A stretch of DNA of 64,000 bases from Lama glama (taxonomy: Eukaryota). The notes under the pieces were generated by a model. The model had not been told where the DNA came from. It saw nothing but the letters and a program-made list of their open reading frames with translations, and did no database searches. Shown one piece after another: positions 22,458 through 36,960 of this stretch (the stretch's first letter is position 1; each line of letters starts with the position of its first letter). A program made the position numbers and the translations under genes. Location: positions 28,458,001 through 28,522,000 of the forward strand of contig CM052821.1 of the NCBI GenBank assembly GCA_028534125.1, given 5' to 3'.

Positions 22458-23050
22458 ATTCATTAATTCACCCATGTGTTCATATACTTATTTAACAAGT
22501 AGAAACTGAGGGCCTTCTTTGAGCCAAGCATTATTCAAGACAAACCCTGCCCTCAGGAAATTTAAATTTTAGTGACAGCCATGGACAATAAACAGGCAAA
22601 TAAATAAGTAAACGAGGAAATATCAGATTGATACATGCTATGAAAGGAATTAACAGAGAGAGAAGATATAACATGAGCAGGAGGCATGCCTTTTTAGGAA
22701 AAAGGCACAAAGAAGTCCAGAAGAAATTCCAGGAGGGGACAGGGTGGGCAACAGTCCTGAAGCAGGCAGAAGAAAGGGGCACATTGAGGAACTGAAAGGA
22801 GCACAATGTGCCTTGGGTGAAATCAACATGGAAGCAAGATGATGTTGGAGAAGTAAGCAGGGGCCAGGTCACTTGGAGTCCTGCAGGCATGGAAGGACTT
22901 TTGATTTTATTAAAAGCAAAATGGGGAGCCATTAGGGGATTTTATGCAGAGGAGAGACATGATCTGATCTGTTCTTAAAAATATATATATACAGGCAGGA
23001 TGGAGTGAAAGCATAAAGACTAGTTATAAGATGCTTACAATGGTCCTGGC
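22458..23050 (-). mobile_element. L2 fragment
   Basis: ATTCATT...CCCTGCCCTCA.GGA...TGCTATGAA...GGGAGCCATT...GACATGATCTGAT. Confidence 0.7.
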
Positions 23051-26029
23051 AAATTTACCAGTGGGTTACAGCAGGCGCTGGCCTTGCAAAGGGAGCAAAG
23101 ATGACACCTATATGTACCAGACTGGATTCTGTCTGCTCTCGTTACCACTGGGAACCATCCACCCAGGCAGGAGAGTTCTCAGTGATGCCACTGTGTGCCC
23201 AGTGCCCAGGAGAAATTCACATGCGTGGGCAAGAGGTCCCCAGAGTTGGCCAGGAGCCCACGTCCTCTGGTCTCTGTCTCCTTGGCCCCTTTTTTTCTGG
23301 CTCAGCCCCACAAGAAGGAGAGCTCTGCTTCTGTGCCAGCCCTTCAGAGGTTTGGAGAGATTGGCAGGGCACGGGAACGCCTGAAAGCCGAGACGGCTGC
23401 AGGACTTGGCAGTTACAGGCAGCAGTGGTGGTGGTCTTAGCTGTAATCCCCACCCCATCATCCTAGGCTGCTGTTCTATCTTGACTCATTCTCAGAATAT
23501 CTCTAAATGCTTCACTGTTGCCCTGATGGCTAAAAACAGTTCTTTTCCCTCACTGTTGTTTTGCCCCACAACATCAGTAGCGTCTTAAGCCAATCAAACT
23601 GAGTTGACGTGCACCTGCCAACTGTTAAGAGTTGCTAAAAGGTGCCCAGTGTCACTGGCCTCACCTCTTCACCTGCTGCCACTCGCCCAGCCCTTCCTGT
23701 TCCTCCAGGGGACCAGCATCCTTCCCCATGGGGGCCTGGTGCTCTCCCCTGCTTACCTAACTCCTCCTTTAAATCTCAGCTGTAATATCACTTCCTTCTA
23801 GAGGCTGTCCCTGAGGGCAGCCTGCCAGTCTCTGTGCCCTGATTAAATGCGTTCAAAGCACTAGGGACTTTTTCTTCATAGGACTCACAGTAATTATAAT
23901 TACATACTTACCCAGCAGGGTAGAAATATACACACTACCATTCAGGCTTGTTTTTTTCTTAAAGGTAGCTTAATTTTTAAAAATTTTATAGCTGGTCTCC
24001 CATCCCTGCTGGTGGTGGAGAAGAAAAATCCTTCCAATGAAAGGTAACAGCGTTTTCTGGTTTAAAACCATCTTTTCCCCCCCCCAATACTCAGTTAATT
24101 CTAGGTCGAAACTTCCTATAAGGGATTCTCCCCTCAAGAATTTTCCTCAGTGGTCCTCCTTCCCAAGATGGGGTCTGGCTGCAGGGAGGGGGGTGGTCAG
24201 AGGGCCTCAGGACAGGGTGTAAGTGGGCTGCCCTGGGCCGGGGGTTCCCCTCCCCATCTGGGCGTCAGCCCCTGATGCTGGCCTTGCACAGACCCTGCTC
24301 CGGTTGACCCCATGGGTCTCCTGCCCACCACACATCCAGCTCAGCTCTTGCTGGCCCTGGACACCCCTGGACAACTTGTACACACGTACCCCTCCCTGCC
24401 TCCATGTCTGCAATTTGGGCAGTCGGCTCCACTGTCCAGCCCTGGGCTGCAAGGCCACTTCTTAGCTTGCTGTGGCAAGCTCACAGTCTGGCATTCTCAG
24501 CTATCTCGGGAGTGTGTCTTGAGGAAACTCTATATCCCCTACAGGCCACACACAGGCCAAGAGTAGGAGGGAGCAATCTCAGGCCCCTCTTCTCAGAAAC
24601 CCACCCACCACCATCATTTCGACTCTGCTGTGGTGAGGCGCCTAGAGGGAGAGTTTCCTCTAAGTTCCAAACAGAAAGCAGAGCTCAGTCCCCTCTGATC
24701 TGACTCTCCATCCGCCACCTGGACTGTTCTCATCCCTGCCTTAATGTTTGTTCAGGATGAAAGAACTCAAGTCTTTTTCTCCCTCCATCCTGCCCTCTTA
24801 ATGGAATAGAGCTTTTCCCTTTCCTTCCAGTCTTGCCAGATCCTGTGACCCTATGATACGGTCTCTGTGGATTCACACTATGGTTTATGCTGAATGAAAC
24901 CAGTGATCCAGGTTTGCCTCTCCATGTGTAAAGGAAAACTTTGGAAATTAACCATCACCTCCTGCCTCCTCAACACAGACACACACCTGTCCCCCACACT
25001 TAACACATTTTCTTTCTCCCACAAAGCCTGCCTTTTAGGGTTATTGTCTTGTGGGTTTAAAAATTCAGTCTGACCCTCAAGGCTGAGCAGAGACTTCTTT
25101 CTGCTAGCTGGCATCAACCCTCTCTGAATCTATCCATTCATGAGCAGGGGCTACATGGTTTTCAGGAAAAAAAAAAAAAAAGCTCAGCTTAATGTTTTGA
25201 AAAATAACTTCCTATTATAGTAGTTTATGTGATTCTTTGCTGACGGTCTATCTCTACATCTCTTTGCTCAGCACTGTTTTCTTTGTGACTAATACATGTA
25301 CATGTGACTAAGAGATTTTGTCATATGATGTAAGTGAAGAGCTTAATTGTATAATAATCATAAAATATCAAAATTGTCAGGGACCATACAGATCATTTAG
25401 TCCAATCCCTTTGTTTTAGGAGAAGGAACTCAAGGCCAGAGTGATTAAATTTATTGTTCAAAGTCCCGCAAATAATGGTAGGTGTGGCTCTTAAACTTCT
25501 AATGTTTCTACCCCCATGTATCAGTTTTCCAATTCACCCAGCTAGCTTTGTGTGGGATTTCAGTTGCCTCTGTCTCCTGCGCCAAAATTATGTAATTTCA
25601 TGGAGAACTAGTTGTCTCAATAGACTAGTTGATGGAGATAAACCCTCGTTCCCCTGCCCATTTTCTTCATCTGGCATATACAGATATATAGATAATGTCA
25701 TTTTCAGAGTAGAAATAGTTTAAATTTTTCTGATTACAAAAATCAAATATTCTCATTGTAATACAAAACTGTAAAGACATCTTTACACTGTGTTCCCAGC
25801 ATTTAACACAGTGCTGGTCAGCACTGAATTCTTGTTGAATGAATACTAATGAAGAAACCAAAAACCATGTGTAACTGTGCTCTCCAGAAATAGATTATTT
25901 ATTCATGCATTAGTGTATATGCTTTCTATTTGTACACATACACACACCATCAAAAACAGAATTAGACATTTATTTTTCTCTTATCAGGTTTCTTAAACAC
26001 ATCAAGACATAGTTTAAAAAGTAGTGGCC

Positions 26030-26270
26030 CTTTCAAGGAGGTCAACTTGTGAGGTTACAGTCTTATTTCAATGATGTTATTGTTGCTAATACACTTAAGG
26101 AATTGCCTTCCAAGATTGTTGCTAATTATTTTACCCTCAGTATGAACAAATATTCATCCTTTAACGGATTTTTACTTTCAAACAGAAATATTATTTGAAT
26201 AATGGTGAAAAAAGTGCATGTTACTGTTTTGGACCAAAAACAAGATGTGAATGTAAAATATTGAGACTGA
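26030..26270. mobile_element. MARNA-like ancient mariner relic
   Basis: CTTATT.CAATGATG...GGAATTGCCTTC...CAAAT.TTCATCCTT...TTTTGG.CAAAAACAAG.TGTGA...TGAGACTGA follows the MARNA consensus as recalled. Confidence 0.55.
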
Positions 26271-27054
26271 CTGTTACTATATGACTTATAAATTGCTTTG
26301 AAGATTAGCCCCATAGGGGGTCCCAAAATGCTTCTTGCAGGGCATCATGGGAAAGGGGGCCTGTCTTCCAAAGGGATCACTTAGCAGGTTTGCATCTGAA
26401 TGTTAACATTTCAGAAGATGAGTTTTAAAAGACAATCATACTGATTCATAGTAATATTTTATATGATATTGGACTTTTATAGAAAACTATTTGTACTTAT
26501 AGGAAATTTGGCTTAATAATCAGATTGTTTTGTTTTTAAGTAGAAATTTAGGTCATATGATTTAGGTTTGAGGGGATCAAGGATTTTCTTCCCAATTGTT
26601 ACAGGCTTTCTCCAGGAGTCATTTTGAATTTGCTCCTCATTGCTTCATTTCTCTCCTCACTGTCATCTTTGCATTTTTTGGTACTTAGTAACACATCCCA
26701 ATATATGAGTGTACCCTGTCTTTAAGAAGAGGATAGGTGGGGGGGCCAAGTAGGTCACATAAATGAGTGAAGAGGGCTGAAGAGGACTGTGTGTAAGAAA
26801 ACAACAGTGACAGCCTGCTGACAAATGGCAAATGACTGTCAGCCCCAGTGCTGAAAGGCAATAAGGAGTGCTGAGGACTGGGGAAAGTCAAAGAATACAT
26901 CCCCATGTAAAGGCAGCTGCTTTTTGCCATGAGGGAATGTAAGTCCAGAGTTATTAGAACTCTTCATTCTGACAAGCTGCATATCTGGGTCTTTATCTTA
27001 CCTTTCTTGATTTTTGCCTGTCAGCAAATAATTCAAACATACCAGAGAGACAGA

Positions 27055-27308
27055 GGAGCAGACTGGTAAAGAACTCAGACTCTGGAGCCAGACTGCTTGG
27101 ATTCAAATTCTGCGTCTGCCATTTATTAATTAACTGTGCCTCTTTAGGCAAGTTACTCAGCCTCTCTGTGCCTTGGTTTCCTCATCCGTAAAATAGGGAT
27201 GGTCATAATAGCACCCACCTCATAGGTTTGATGTGAAGATTAAGTGAGTTAATATATGTAAAGTGTAGGTATGTCTGGCTTATAGTGAATCATACACATA
27301 TGTTAGCT
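27055..27308 (+). mobile_element. MIR SINE, near full length
   Basis: AGACTCTGGAGCCAGACTGC.TGG.TTCAAAT...GGCAAGTTACT.A.CCTCTCTGTGCCT..GTTTCCTCATC.GTAAAAT.GGGAT...CCTCATAGG. Confidence 0.9.
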
Positions 27309-30300
27309 TTAGTTATTTAAAATGAGAAATTACTGTAGGGGCTGAATAAAACACATTTGCAGGCTGAATGGGACCCAGAGACTTCCAATTTGGGTGCTCT
27401 GGTCTAAAATCAGGAAAGAGAGTTTTGATAACCTAAGACAGTTTGTATAAAATTATACTCACCATCTCAGCATACTCCAAAGCACACTAAGATTTTGGAA
27501 AAGGCTGCAAAGGTCAATCTGACCATTAGTCACTCTCCAATTCTCTGGGTGAACATAGGTGTCCCAGTAGTCACTCAGCTGACCAACAGGAGAGTAGGGG
27601 GGACCTTTCCTTTTCACCTGGGCAGGGCTCTACAGGTACAGCTCAGTTGTTAACATACTGAAATACTTTCACACTGGTCCATAAATAGATGTCCTAATCA
27701 ACCTCATCCATGGCTTGGCTACCCCAACAAACTCAAACTCTCCCCCAGTGGCCCCTGGCCCTTTGACCCTGCTTCTGGTCCATGGCCTGGCCTCTGTTCT
27801 GATTGGTCAGTGTGCACACCACACTGATTGTTAAATATTTTGTTTACCACCTTTGCATGCAGCTGCAGCAAAGCCAAATAAGTTGCAGATTTAATCATTA
27901 AAGAATTTGTACTCCTAAAACTTCTTATTTAACCTCTCTGGGCCTTAGTTTCCTTATCTATGAAATGGGAATATTATTGGTAACTACTTCTTGAATTGTT
28001 GTGATAAATGAGAGGATCCACGTAAGACGCTTAGCACAGTGCCTGAAACATGGCCACCCTCCCTCCATGTATGCTATCAGTATGAATTTAGATGTTCTAA
28101 CAGGTCATGCCTTGAATCCCTTTTCTCCTCAGGAAGACATAATCTGGTTCAGATGGGCTCACTATTCAAGGTCTATGAATTTATAACTATATATGTTTAA
28201 AAATCCTAACATAATTAAATATAAATAGTGTGAATAAAGTTATATTTTATTTATTATTATAGATTACAGAAGCATAGAAACACATTACAAATCATGTGGA
28301 CCCTAAAGAGGGTGGAAAAAATCTAATATCTCACCAATCTAGAACGAAAGTTTCTCAATCACATATCTAAATATGATTAAGAAGAAATTTTCAGGTAACT
28401 CAAGTACAATTTGACACCTTTCTGACATTTGGCAGGACTATTAACCCCCTGAGGGCACGGTCATGTCTATCTGGGTCACTGCTGTACCCTCAGCACCTGC
28501 AGACTGCCTGGCCATGACTGGCACTCATTAAATATTTATAGAATGATGTGTGAATGCTGAATAAATGAATGAATGAAGACCGGGGAGAAAGCAGAACCTG
28601 AGAGCCAGGGAAGACCCGGGCTGGGTGTTCACTAAGCAGGAGTTGGCTGGCAGATACTGTGGAGGCAGAATTCAGTTTCTGGGAAGGCAGAGTGGGGAAA
28701 AAAAGATGGGGATCAGGGTCCAGGAGTCCACATGGGAGCAGAAAACAGGATCTCAATGTCTGATGAGGAACCCCAGCCTTGAGGTGGGAGCCTAGAACTG
28801 AGTGACCCTGGTGAGCTCTTTCGGAGCCCTCCTTCCCCACCCCCACCTCCTGCTGGGGCACCTGCAGGTCTTGGAGTCATGGAAGGCCAGACCCCACAAG
28901 CAGCTGTACCTCTGCTGGACCAGGTGAGAAACAGAGCATGGGGCAGTCCCTCCCCTGTTCATCGCCCTTAACAGAACTCCTGCTGGTTTCAGCCCCATCT
29001 CAAGTCCTGTCTCTGATTAGCAGGGTCCTTCTTCACTCCCACTGATTCCCTTTGGTGGGAATTAAGACCCTCCCGGAGACTCTAAGACGTCAGGCACAGG
29101 TCAGCTTGAGACTCAAAGACCCTTGCACCATGGCTCTCTGTGAGTAGCTTCGAATTTAGAGCAGCAGGCCCTAGACTGTTGGCTTCTAGAGAAGAGAGAC
29201 TGTGCTTAGTGCATCACGGTATTCAGGGCTGTTATTTAGCTTGCATGCACCAGTACCACTGTAGTGGTTGCTAAAATATTGAAATGCACTAAGCAACTAA
29301 ACGGTTAATACCCAGCACAGGGGTGGGGGACCTTCAGCAGAATGTCCAGCAAGGTCTCCAGGAGCCAATGTCTAGATGTGAAATGTGCTGAAAACCACTC
29401 CTGATTACAATGTAATGTAAACCAGCCCTGAATGTAATCCATGCCTGGCATCTTATTCTAAAAGTGAACAGATGAATGAATGAGTGAATGAGGGGATGTA
29501 GGCAACGGCTGCTCTGGAAATTTGTGTTGTATGGAAGAGTTCTCCATCAACTGTTTTCTGAAAATGCAGGTATTCCTTCCAAACAGCAGAGCATTCTGAG
29601 AACATCTTAACCAGCATTTTAAACTGCTTTCAGAAGTCAAGGTCACCTTTGTACTTGTACCTGGGCTTTTATATAACACACTTCAATCACCTGTCTGGGG
29701 CACCTGTCAGAAAAGCTTTCTGCTGTGAGTAACACATCTAGAGCACAAGTCATATTTTGCTTTACATACTTAAGTGAAGAACTGTTCCCTGGCTAAACAT
29801 AATGGAAGTCATTTGTCCTGGAAAAAGCAATTCAGAAAAAGATATCACCTAAAAAACTAGAGCAGTCCACTCAGAACTCTCTCCTCTGACGGGCTGTGAA
29901 AGATACCTGGGCTTAGAGCTATTGTTGGGGTGGGGGAAAGATTAGGGGTGCTTTCATTTCCCATAATGGTATCTTCTAGGAAGTCTGTCTATTCACTGTA
30001 ACCATTTGCTCCTGCAGTGTGTGACTGGCCCCATCAGAGAAGTAACGAATGCTCCTTTTAGTGTCTGGCAGCCCCTATTAGAGCCAGTTTGGAAGTGGCT
30101 TCCACAATTCCTAGCCAAGTTGAAGGCATTTCAATCAGTGGGAAAAGTAGAGAGAAACTCCTTACACTTCAGAGACTGCCCTTGAAAAGAGCCCCCAAGA
30201 AGAGTGGGTACCATTTTTGCATCCTTCTTTGTCCCTCGTCTCTATAGCTTGAGGTGAAAGGGAGCCACTTTGGTTTCATACACGAGGACTAGGACTCAGG

Positions 30301-31742
30301 GGAGGGGACCCCCCCCCCAAAGCTACTCGCTCTTTTCATCTTGGCCCTTTTCTTTCATATTTAACTCTGGAATCACTTCTCTCTGTTAGATCTGTGGTTT
30401 TCATAACTCACCCTAAAACCAGAGAGCCATGTGGCCTCAGGATGGGTTCAGAGATGCTTATAGTAGCTTCTTCTGAGCCTTGGTAGGTGGAAGACAGCAG
30501 GGGAGCAGGGAGGGAACATTCCAGCCCTCACTACCATGGGGGATACAGCTCTTCTCATGCCTCTTAGGAGGCATGAGAAAAGGTGTATCCCTGGCCAAAA
30601 GTGGGGAGGCGAACTCAAACCCTTGCCTGTCTGTGGGATGCAGCGATCTGGCCACTTTCAACTTTTGTTCAAAGCATCCTAAAAGGGAACCGCCCTGTCC
30701 CACACAGGACTTCAGGGAAGCTCTGCCCTCCCCAGAAATGACAAATGGAAAAGACAGAACAGACTCCAGCCAGGCCAGGATGCAGTCTCTGGAAAGAGGT
30801 TGTTTTTGTCTCCAATGCCATAGAAAACACATCCTCTTAACTTATTAAGTAGGGAAACAGCACAATCACACACGCTGGAGGTTACCAAGGTGAACAGAAC
30901 CCAAGATTAAAATCTGCCAGCCTGGTGGTGCGTGGAAGCACGGAAGGCCCAAAGAGGAAATCGAGTTCACTATTGGTAAATTTTTTTGGATGCTGTTTAC
31001 GTTTGAACTTTTCTCTGTTTTCCTGTAGAAACTTCCGTACCCTCTTCCTGTGTCCCTACAAAAGGCCTGGACAATGCAGTCCCAGCGCTGCTGTAGGACA
31101 CGGGCAGGGCCCCACCTTCCCCCTTCCTGCAGGGATATCCTTTCCTATAGAAGAGGTAAGAATGTAAGGTTCATGTGAAAATGTTATTATACTCCTTATC
31201 TCAGTCATTTCGTGATTTGCTGTTTGGCGACAATAAGTCAGCCTGGCCGCATTCACAATAGAGGTGGCCCCAGTTCCTAGTTTTGGCTCATGCTGTTTTC
31301 TCAGCTGAAGAGGGCAAATGGCTGTTAAAAACGCAGCTTGTTTTCCAGGATCTTATCAGGAGTTCACGTCTAAGGCCAGAAAGAGAAGGGAGGGCTCCAT
31401 TTTTTTCTCTCTCCTCATTGTTTCCAACTCAATTGGCAGGAAATGGGAGTCCTCTACCTGTCCCTCTTGGGAGCAAAATTGATTCGATTCCATTTTTCAG
31501 ATGTATCCGCTACCACCAGAAGTTGGGGGCATTTCCGCTTACCCCAAAACGAATGTGTCCTGCATTTACACAAATGACATCCTTCAAAATTGGAAAGGAA
31601 TCAAAACTTCAATGGAGAGGGTGGGGGTCGGTGATGGCCATAAGTTGCTTTCCAGTGTCAGATTTGTTTTATTTTTCTCATTTACCTCTTTGACAAAGTG
31701 CCTCTTGGGGCTGTGGACCTTGACTGACTCCAATAAGTGTGT

Positions 31743-31745
<3 letters not shown>

Positions 31746-31779
<34 letters not shown>
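31746..31779. repeat. (GT)17 microsatellite
   Basis: Perfect dinucleotide run read directly. Confidence 0.97.
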
Positions 31780-31780
<1 letters not shown>

Positions 31781-34700
31781 TACTGTGGATGGCCTAGACA
31801 CTCAGAGAATCAAAATCATTCATACAGGATTTCACGTCAGTTAAAATAGTTCACATTCACAGCTGCCTGAGAGCATACATTAGGTGGGGCAATTGAGAAT
31901 TCAGACAGAAAGTAAGTTTCTCAAGAATCATGGTGTGCTTATGATTGACCCAGTATTTTCCATTTAACCCAGTTCAGACAGTTCGGTCAATATGGACAAG
32001 ATTCAAGGTTCACCTAGGTGCTTCATTTCATATAAAATCAACCTCAGACAATTATATTTCGAAGGAATTGGTTTTACTGCCTGTAGAAGAACTTCAAACA
32101 CAGGAATTATATTAACCACAGTATTCCATTATCAGAAAGATCTTTCCTTTCAATGTCAACCTTTCACTGTGGCTCTTAGGCTCAGAACCTGGACAGTTAC
32201 TAGATGGAGTCATGAAACAATCCATTTTTAACAACCCTCAAGAGCATGAGAACCAGAAAAAGTGATTTGATTCCACTCTAGCTGGGTCTTGGTTTTCCCA
32301 GGCCAAATCATCCTCAGTCCAGGGCCCTGCTTCTGACCAAAGAGATTCTGCCCCTACCCAGCCTTGTTCTGGAACTCCTGGCTCCTCACACCCACTGCTC
32401 ACCCTGGCAGCTGTGACTCCTCTTCTGCAATGTGAGGATATCTGCAGGCAGGAGGAACTCTCCCGACTCTCTCTTCCTGTGAGTCTCTCCTGTGGGTTCT
32501 AGGCGGCCCACAGGGCGGTGCTCACCCTGGGGTACCCAACTGACATTTCAGATACAGAAGTCCAATTGATCTGCCAAGTGTTACCCCAGAGAGTTTCCCC
32601 ATCCAAGTGAGACAACCAACTTTAGATCAGCCTCTAAGGAATTAGATTTGCGGGAGAAAAGCACTTAACATCCTCGTATTGTATTAACCAGTGCTTCCCC
32701 CAATCCCACTTCCTTTCTCTCCTTGGTGCTTTCCTCTTGTCCCTAAGCCCTTTGAAGCAGCTGGGCTCTTCTGTGTTGACTGCCTCAGAGAAAGGATGTT
32801 ACAATGGAAAACAGAGCCGGGAAGAGACTCTTCCTGACTTTTGAGTTGCAAAAGCTTAGGCCATTAGGGAAATGGGAAAGATCCACAGAAATGACAAAAC
32901 ATTTGGCAAAATTATCACGTGTGAGAACAAAATTCTTCACCAGCCCTACCAAATGAGCTCCAGGAACTGGGGAGAGAAAAATGGTTTGGGTCTGGGACTA
33001 GAGGGCCAGATCTGAAGGGACTACAGGGGCATGAGCAGAAACAGCGTCTACAGAGCACTCAGTATCCACTCACATGACTCTGGTCATCACCCCTGCCTGG
33101 GTGCTACACTAGTTACCTTGTCCTCTGGCACCCAGTAAACACTTCTTGCTCAACATTTAGCCAGAATAACAAGTGACTGTGCCCCTAAACTTGGCCATGT
33201 TGTTGCATTTGGACTTAGCCCATGTGATCAACCCAACATACAATATCTCAGGGTGCTTTTAAGCCCCTAGGAAGGGTGGGGCCCTTGGGCACCTGGCAAG
33301 GTCATGCTATGTAAGAAAAAGTCCCTGTGTCTATAACTGAAGGCTGAATGAAAACAGCTCAAGATTTTCCCTGAACAAAAACAGTGGTTAACCATCCCTC
33401 CCCACCCCCAAGTCCTCCTGATTGTATGACTGTCTAGTTCTTCTAAGGAGCACCACATTGCTCATTTATGTTGAAGAACTTTGAACTGTTTCCCACAGAG
33501 CTGGTCCAGTGATCTATTTGGGTGATTCTACCCTGTGTTGCATTCCTAGCCTCTGAGCTAACCTTGAACTTGACCTTCATCTTGGGTAACTGCCCAGTTT
33601 TCCAGGTTCTCATGCCCCTCACCATAGAACCCTGCCCTCCTCAGCTCCCAGCCAGGCTTTGTGCAGCTTTCATCTCTTCCAATTCACTGGGGTGTCAGTC
33701 CCAACGGCCCACCCACCCTCCTTCTCATGGGCATGTCAGTCACACACCTAGAGGTTCCCTAAGTTCCAAGACCCTCAACTCCACCATCCCCATCTTCCCT
33801 AAGATGGAGTGAGTTACAGATAAAATGGAGTCCTCAGGGCCTCGCCGTAAGTACCAGAAACTGGAGCCTGGGCCTGGGATGAGTCAAGGTATTAAACTAA
33901 TAGAATCAGGTTGAACCAGTGACTGGCCTGGTTCCCTTCTTATCAACATGGAGCCCCTTCTTCACTCTCTTTCCTCCAGTGTGACTGGTGTGGTCAGACC
34001 ATCCTAAGGACCCATGCACCCTCCTCTTCACTAGGGGAAGGGTAGTAGGCTGGCTCCAGACCCTAAGGTCAGGCTTCTCTTGTGATCTAGAGATCAGATC
34101 CAGAAGGCCATGGAATGGGCCTGCGGGCAAGTGCCAGTTGCTGAGATTTTAAACCAGAGAAGAGAGGAAGTAGGCAAACCAGATAATCCCTCAATGCTAA
34201 AGGTCTCTGATCATGTCTACACTGCAAAGACGAAAGTGGAAAATGCAAAGTGGAAAGAACACTTGCAGCTTGTGTCACACACTTAACATGTTGTTCATTT
34301 TCATCTCTGCACGTCCCCCTGCCTGTCCCTGCTTCACGCAGCTGAAGGCTTAATCTATGTTTATAAAGTGTCTACAGATCTCAGAGGAACGTTCTTATAA
34401 AAGTGCAAGGATGAGCACCATCACTGACCTGAAATAGCCTGAAGTCAAGCGAGTATTAACTAGATTTAAAGGTACAGGAATGTTAGTGTGTGTTTCAAAG
34501 GCTGCCACTACCTGAGGGGAAGGAATGTACCATGAAGGGAGATTTTTCATGGTAAAATTATAAAAGTATTCAGAGTTAAAAAAAAAAAAAAGGAAGAAGC
34601 AAACATCAAGGGATTCTGAGTGACCATGAAAGCAGACTAGTTAGCAAAAACAAAGCAGGTCCCCAACCAAGGTGACAGCATGATGGATTTTGTAAGATTT

Positions 34701-34944
34701 TCAGATCAAGTCTATGAAAGGATCTGTCAGCTCCACAAACTTTCATTGTGGGGTGATTTCTCTGCATTGAATACTAGCTGAAATTAATGGGGCATGGGTT
34801 GGGGGTGGAAAGTTTTCATTAAAATACAGAAATGTTTGTGGTAAATCATGGTAGCTAGGGGTTAGTGGCTGGGGAGGGGAATGTTCTAGAACATGTCTCC
34901 TAGCAATTGCCCTGTCAATCATATTCATCTTTGGAGGTTCATTG

Positions 34945-35110
34945 CCTGACTTCTAAGCCTTGGTGACCTTGGGGCAAGTTATTTGACTTTTTGTGCCTCA
35001 GTTTACTCATTTGTAAAAAGGCAGTAGTGGAAACGCGTACCTTATAAGGTTGGTGTGAGGAAAAAGAGTCAACATATGGAAAGCACTGGCATGTGGAAAA
35101 TACCACAAAA
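34945..35110 (+). mobile_element. MIR SINE
   Basis: GTGACCTTGGGGCAAGTTATTT...TGTGCCTCAGTTT.CTCAT.TGTAAAA. Confidence 0.8.
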
Positions 35111-35524
35111 TGGTTTACTATCATTGCTGTGATCATCGTTATACTCTGCCCTTGGAAATATCTTGAACAGGCAATCCACTGGAGACTGCGTGTACTCCAT
35201 ACAAGCCCCAAAGAAGGTCTGAGGGCCAAGGGAAGAGAAAATTGAGAGGGAAAGACACCAGGTAGAAGGCAGTGGATCTGCTATGAGGATGTTCTTGGAC
35301 AGGTTTTCACCCATTCCAAAAGCTTTTTCATGCTGTTCTACTTCATTTGAAGCCATTATCAAAATAGTATTTGACTTACAGAACCAAAGTGTTTCCAAGC
35401 AGAGCCACGCTCTGTTTTTAGCCCAATAGTTTGAAGCAACATTAGCTACAGCAGCATTATTTGGTCCTTCTCTCTCATTTGTCATGGGATTTTCTGAAAA
35501 GGATATTTTAGATAATGGAAAAGA

Positions 35525-35955
35525 GATGGGTAGTAAACACATTTGTCAATTTTTTCCAGCTCTCCTCCTGCTGGGCACACGGTGGGATTATATTTCTGGT
35601 TCCCTTTGGGGCATTGGAGGGGGTCAAGTGGCCAGTTCTGGCCAATAAGTTGTGAAAGGCAGTGAAGTGTGTCACTTGCAGGCTGAAGCATTTAATAGCC
35701 AAGGCAAGACCTACTAATGCTCTGCTCCCCTCTGGCTTGGAAGCCAGCTACATTGGAGATGGTGACGTTCATCAGCCTGCGTCCCTCAGTGACTCCAAGA
35801 AATCATGAGAAAAACCATCTCGTTTCTACCCCCACTGTCAACCAATCCCCAGTGGACAGGTAGCATGAGAGAGAAATACACTTTGACTGCTTAAAGCAGC
35901 CATTTAGAGGGTTATTTGTTATTTCAGCATAACCCAATCCTGCGTGACTGATACA
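35525..35955 (+). mobile_element. MLT1 (I/J-like) LTR
   Basis: GTTCTGGCCAAT.AG.TGTG...GTGTGTCACTT.CAGGC.GAAGCATTTAA...TTTGTTA...CAGCATAACC...TGACTGATACA. Confidence 0.8.
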
Positions 35956-36379
35956 AGGTGTCTTTAGTGTAAAAATCTACTTGTACACTGAGAGAGAGAA
36001 TTACAATAGTGAAAGTCCTTCCTGACTACTGCCCCCAGGTAAATCTTTGTAAAATACCTTTTGTGTTATGAGATTTATCTTATGGCCTGCTGTGAGATCC
36101 CAGCTCCTTGGCTTTGTTCCTCGGTCTCAAATTTGACTTTCTGTCCCACAACTTCAGTAAAGAAATAGTCTCAATTTAGACTGCACTTTTTGTCATAGAC
36201 TTTCAGAAGGCCTTACTTATTCCCACCTCCCAGAGTCCTCAACCTGTTTCCTTGGCAAGAGCAGCTCTAACTACTGTTCTCTGCCTATTTAAATTCTATC
36301 CATCAGGGGGAATTGTTAGTATCTTTCCAGAGAGCAACTGGAAAACTGACCATGAAACTTTAGAGCATGATTATTGCAT

Positions 36380-36900
36380 TCATTATTATCAAACACAGAT
36401 CAACAAATAAAATACCAGACCAGTGATGACAACATGAGATACACCAAGGATTGTGGTGTACAGCTGAGGTCCTTGCACATCAGTATGGATATTCTTTACT
36501 GGCCACAGTGTCACATCCAGGACCTTACCCTGCATCTGCACTATCACAAGTATACAAAGTTCCACATCTGAGATAGTCACTGCACAGTGTCTATCGTGGT
36601 AAGAAATTGGGAAAGCCACAGTGGCCCCAATATGGCACTGACTAAATGACTTATCATGCATCCATGAACTGATACGCTGAGCAACTGTTAAAAGGGATGA
36701 AGTATAGTAACATGTGTTGACATAGACAGATAAGCATGATATATAGTTGTGTAAAAATAAATCTTGAAGAACAGTGTATGTGGTATGATTTTGTCTCTGT
36801 TGCTGAATATATTTTATATTCATAAAAGCTCTGGAAGGATACTTACTAAAGCAATATCAGTGGCTACACCCATGGGGTAAGATTGCTGGGGTGGAGTGGG
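36380..36900 (+). mobile_element. Old L1ME 3' region
   Basis: Degenerate L1 ORF2-end/3' UTR pattern, ending AAAGCTCTGGAAGGATAC...CAGTGGCTAC. Confidence 0.5.
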
Positions 36901-36960
36901 GAACTCGTTCATTTTTTAGTATTCCTGGGTCTCTTACAAGGAATATTTATTTCTTTTCTC

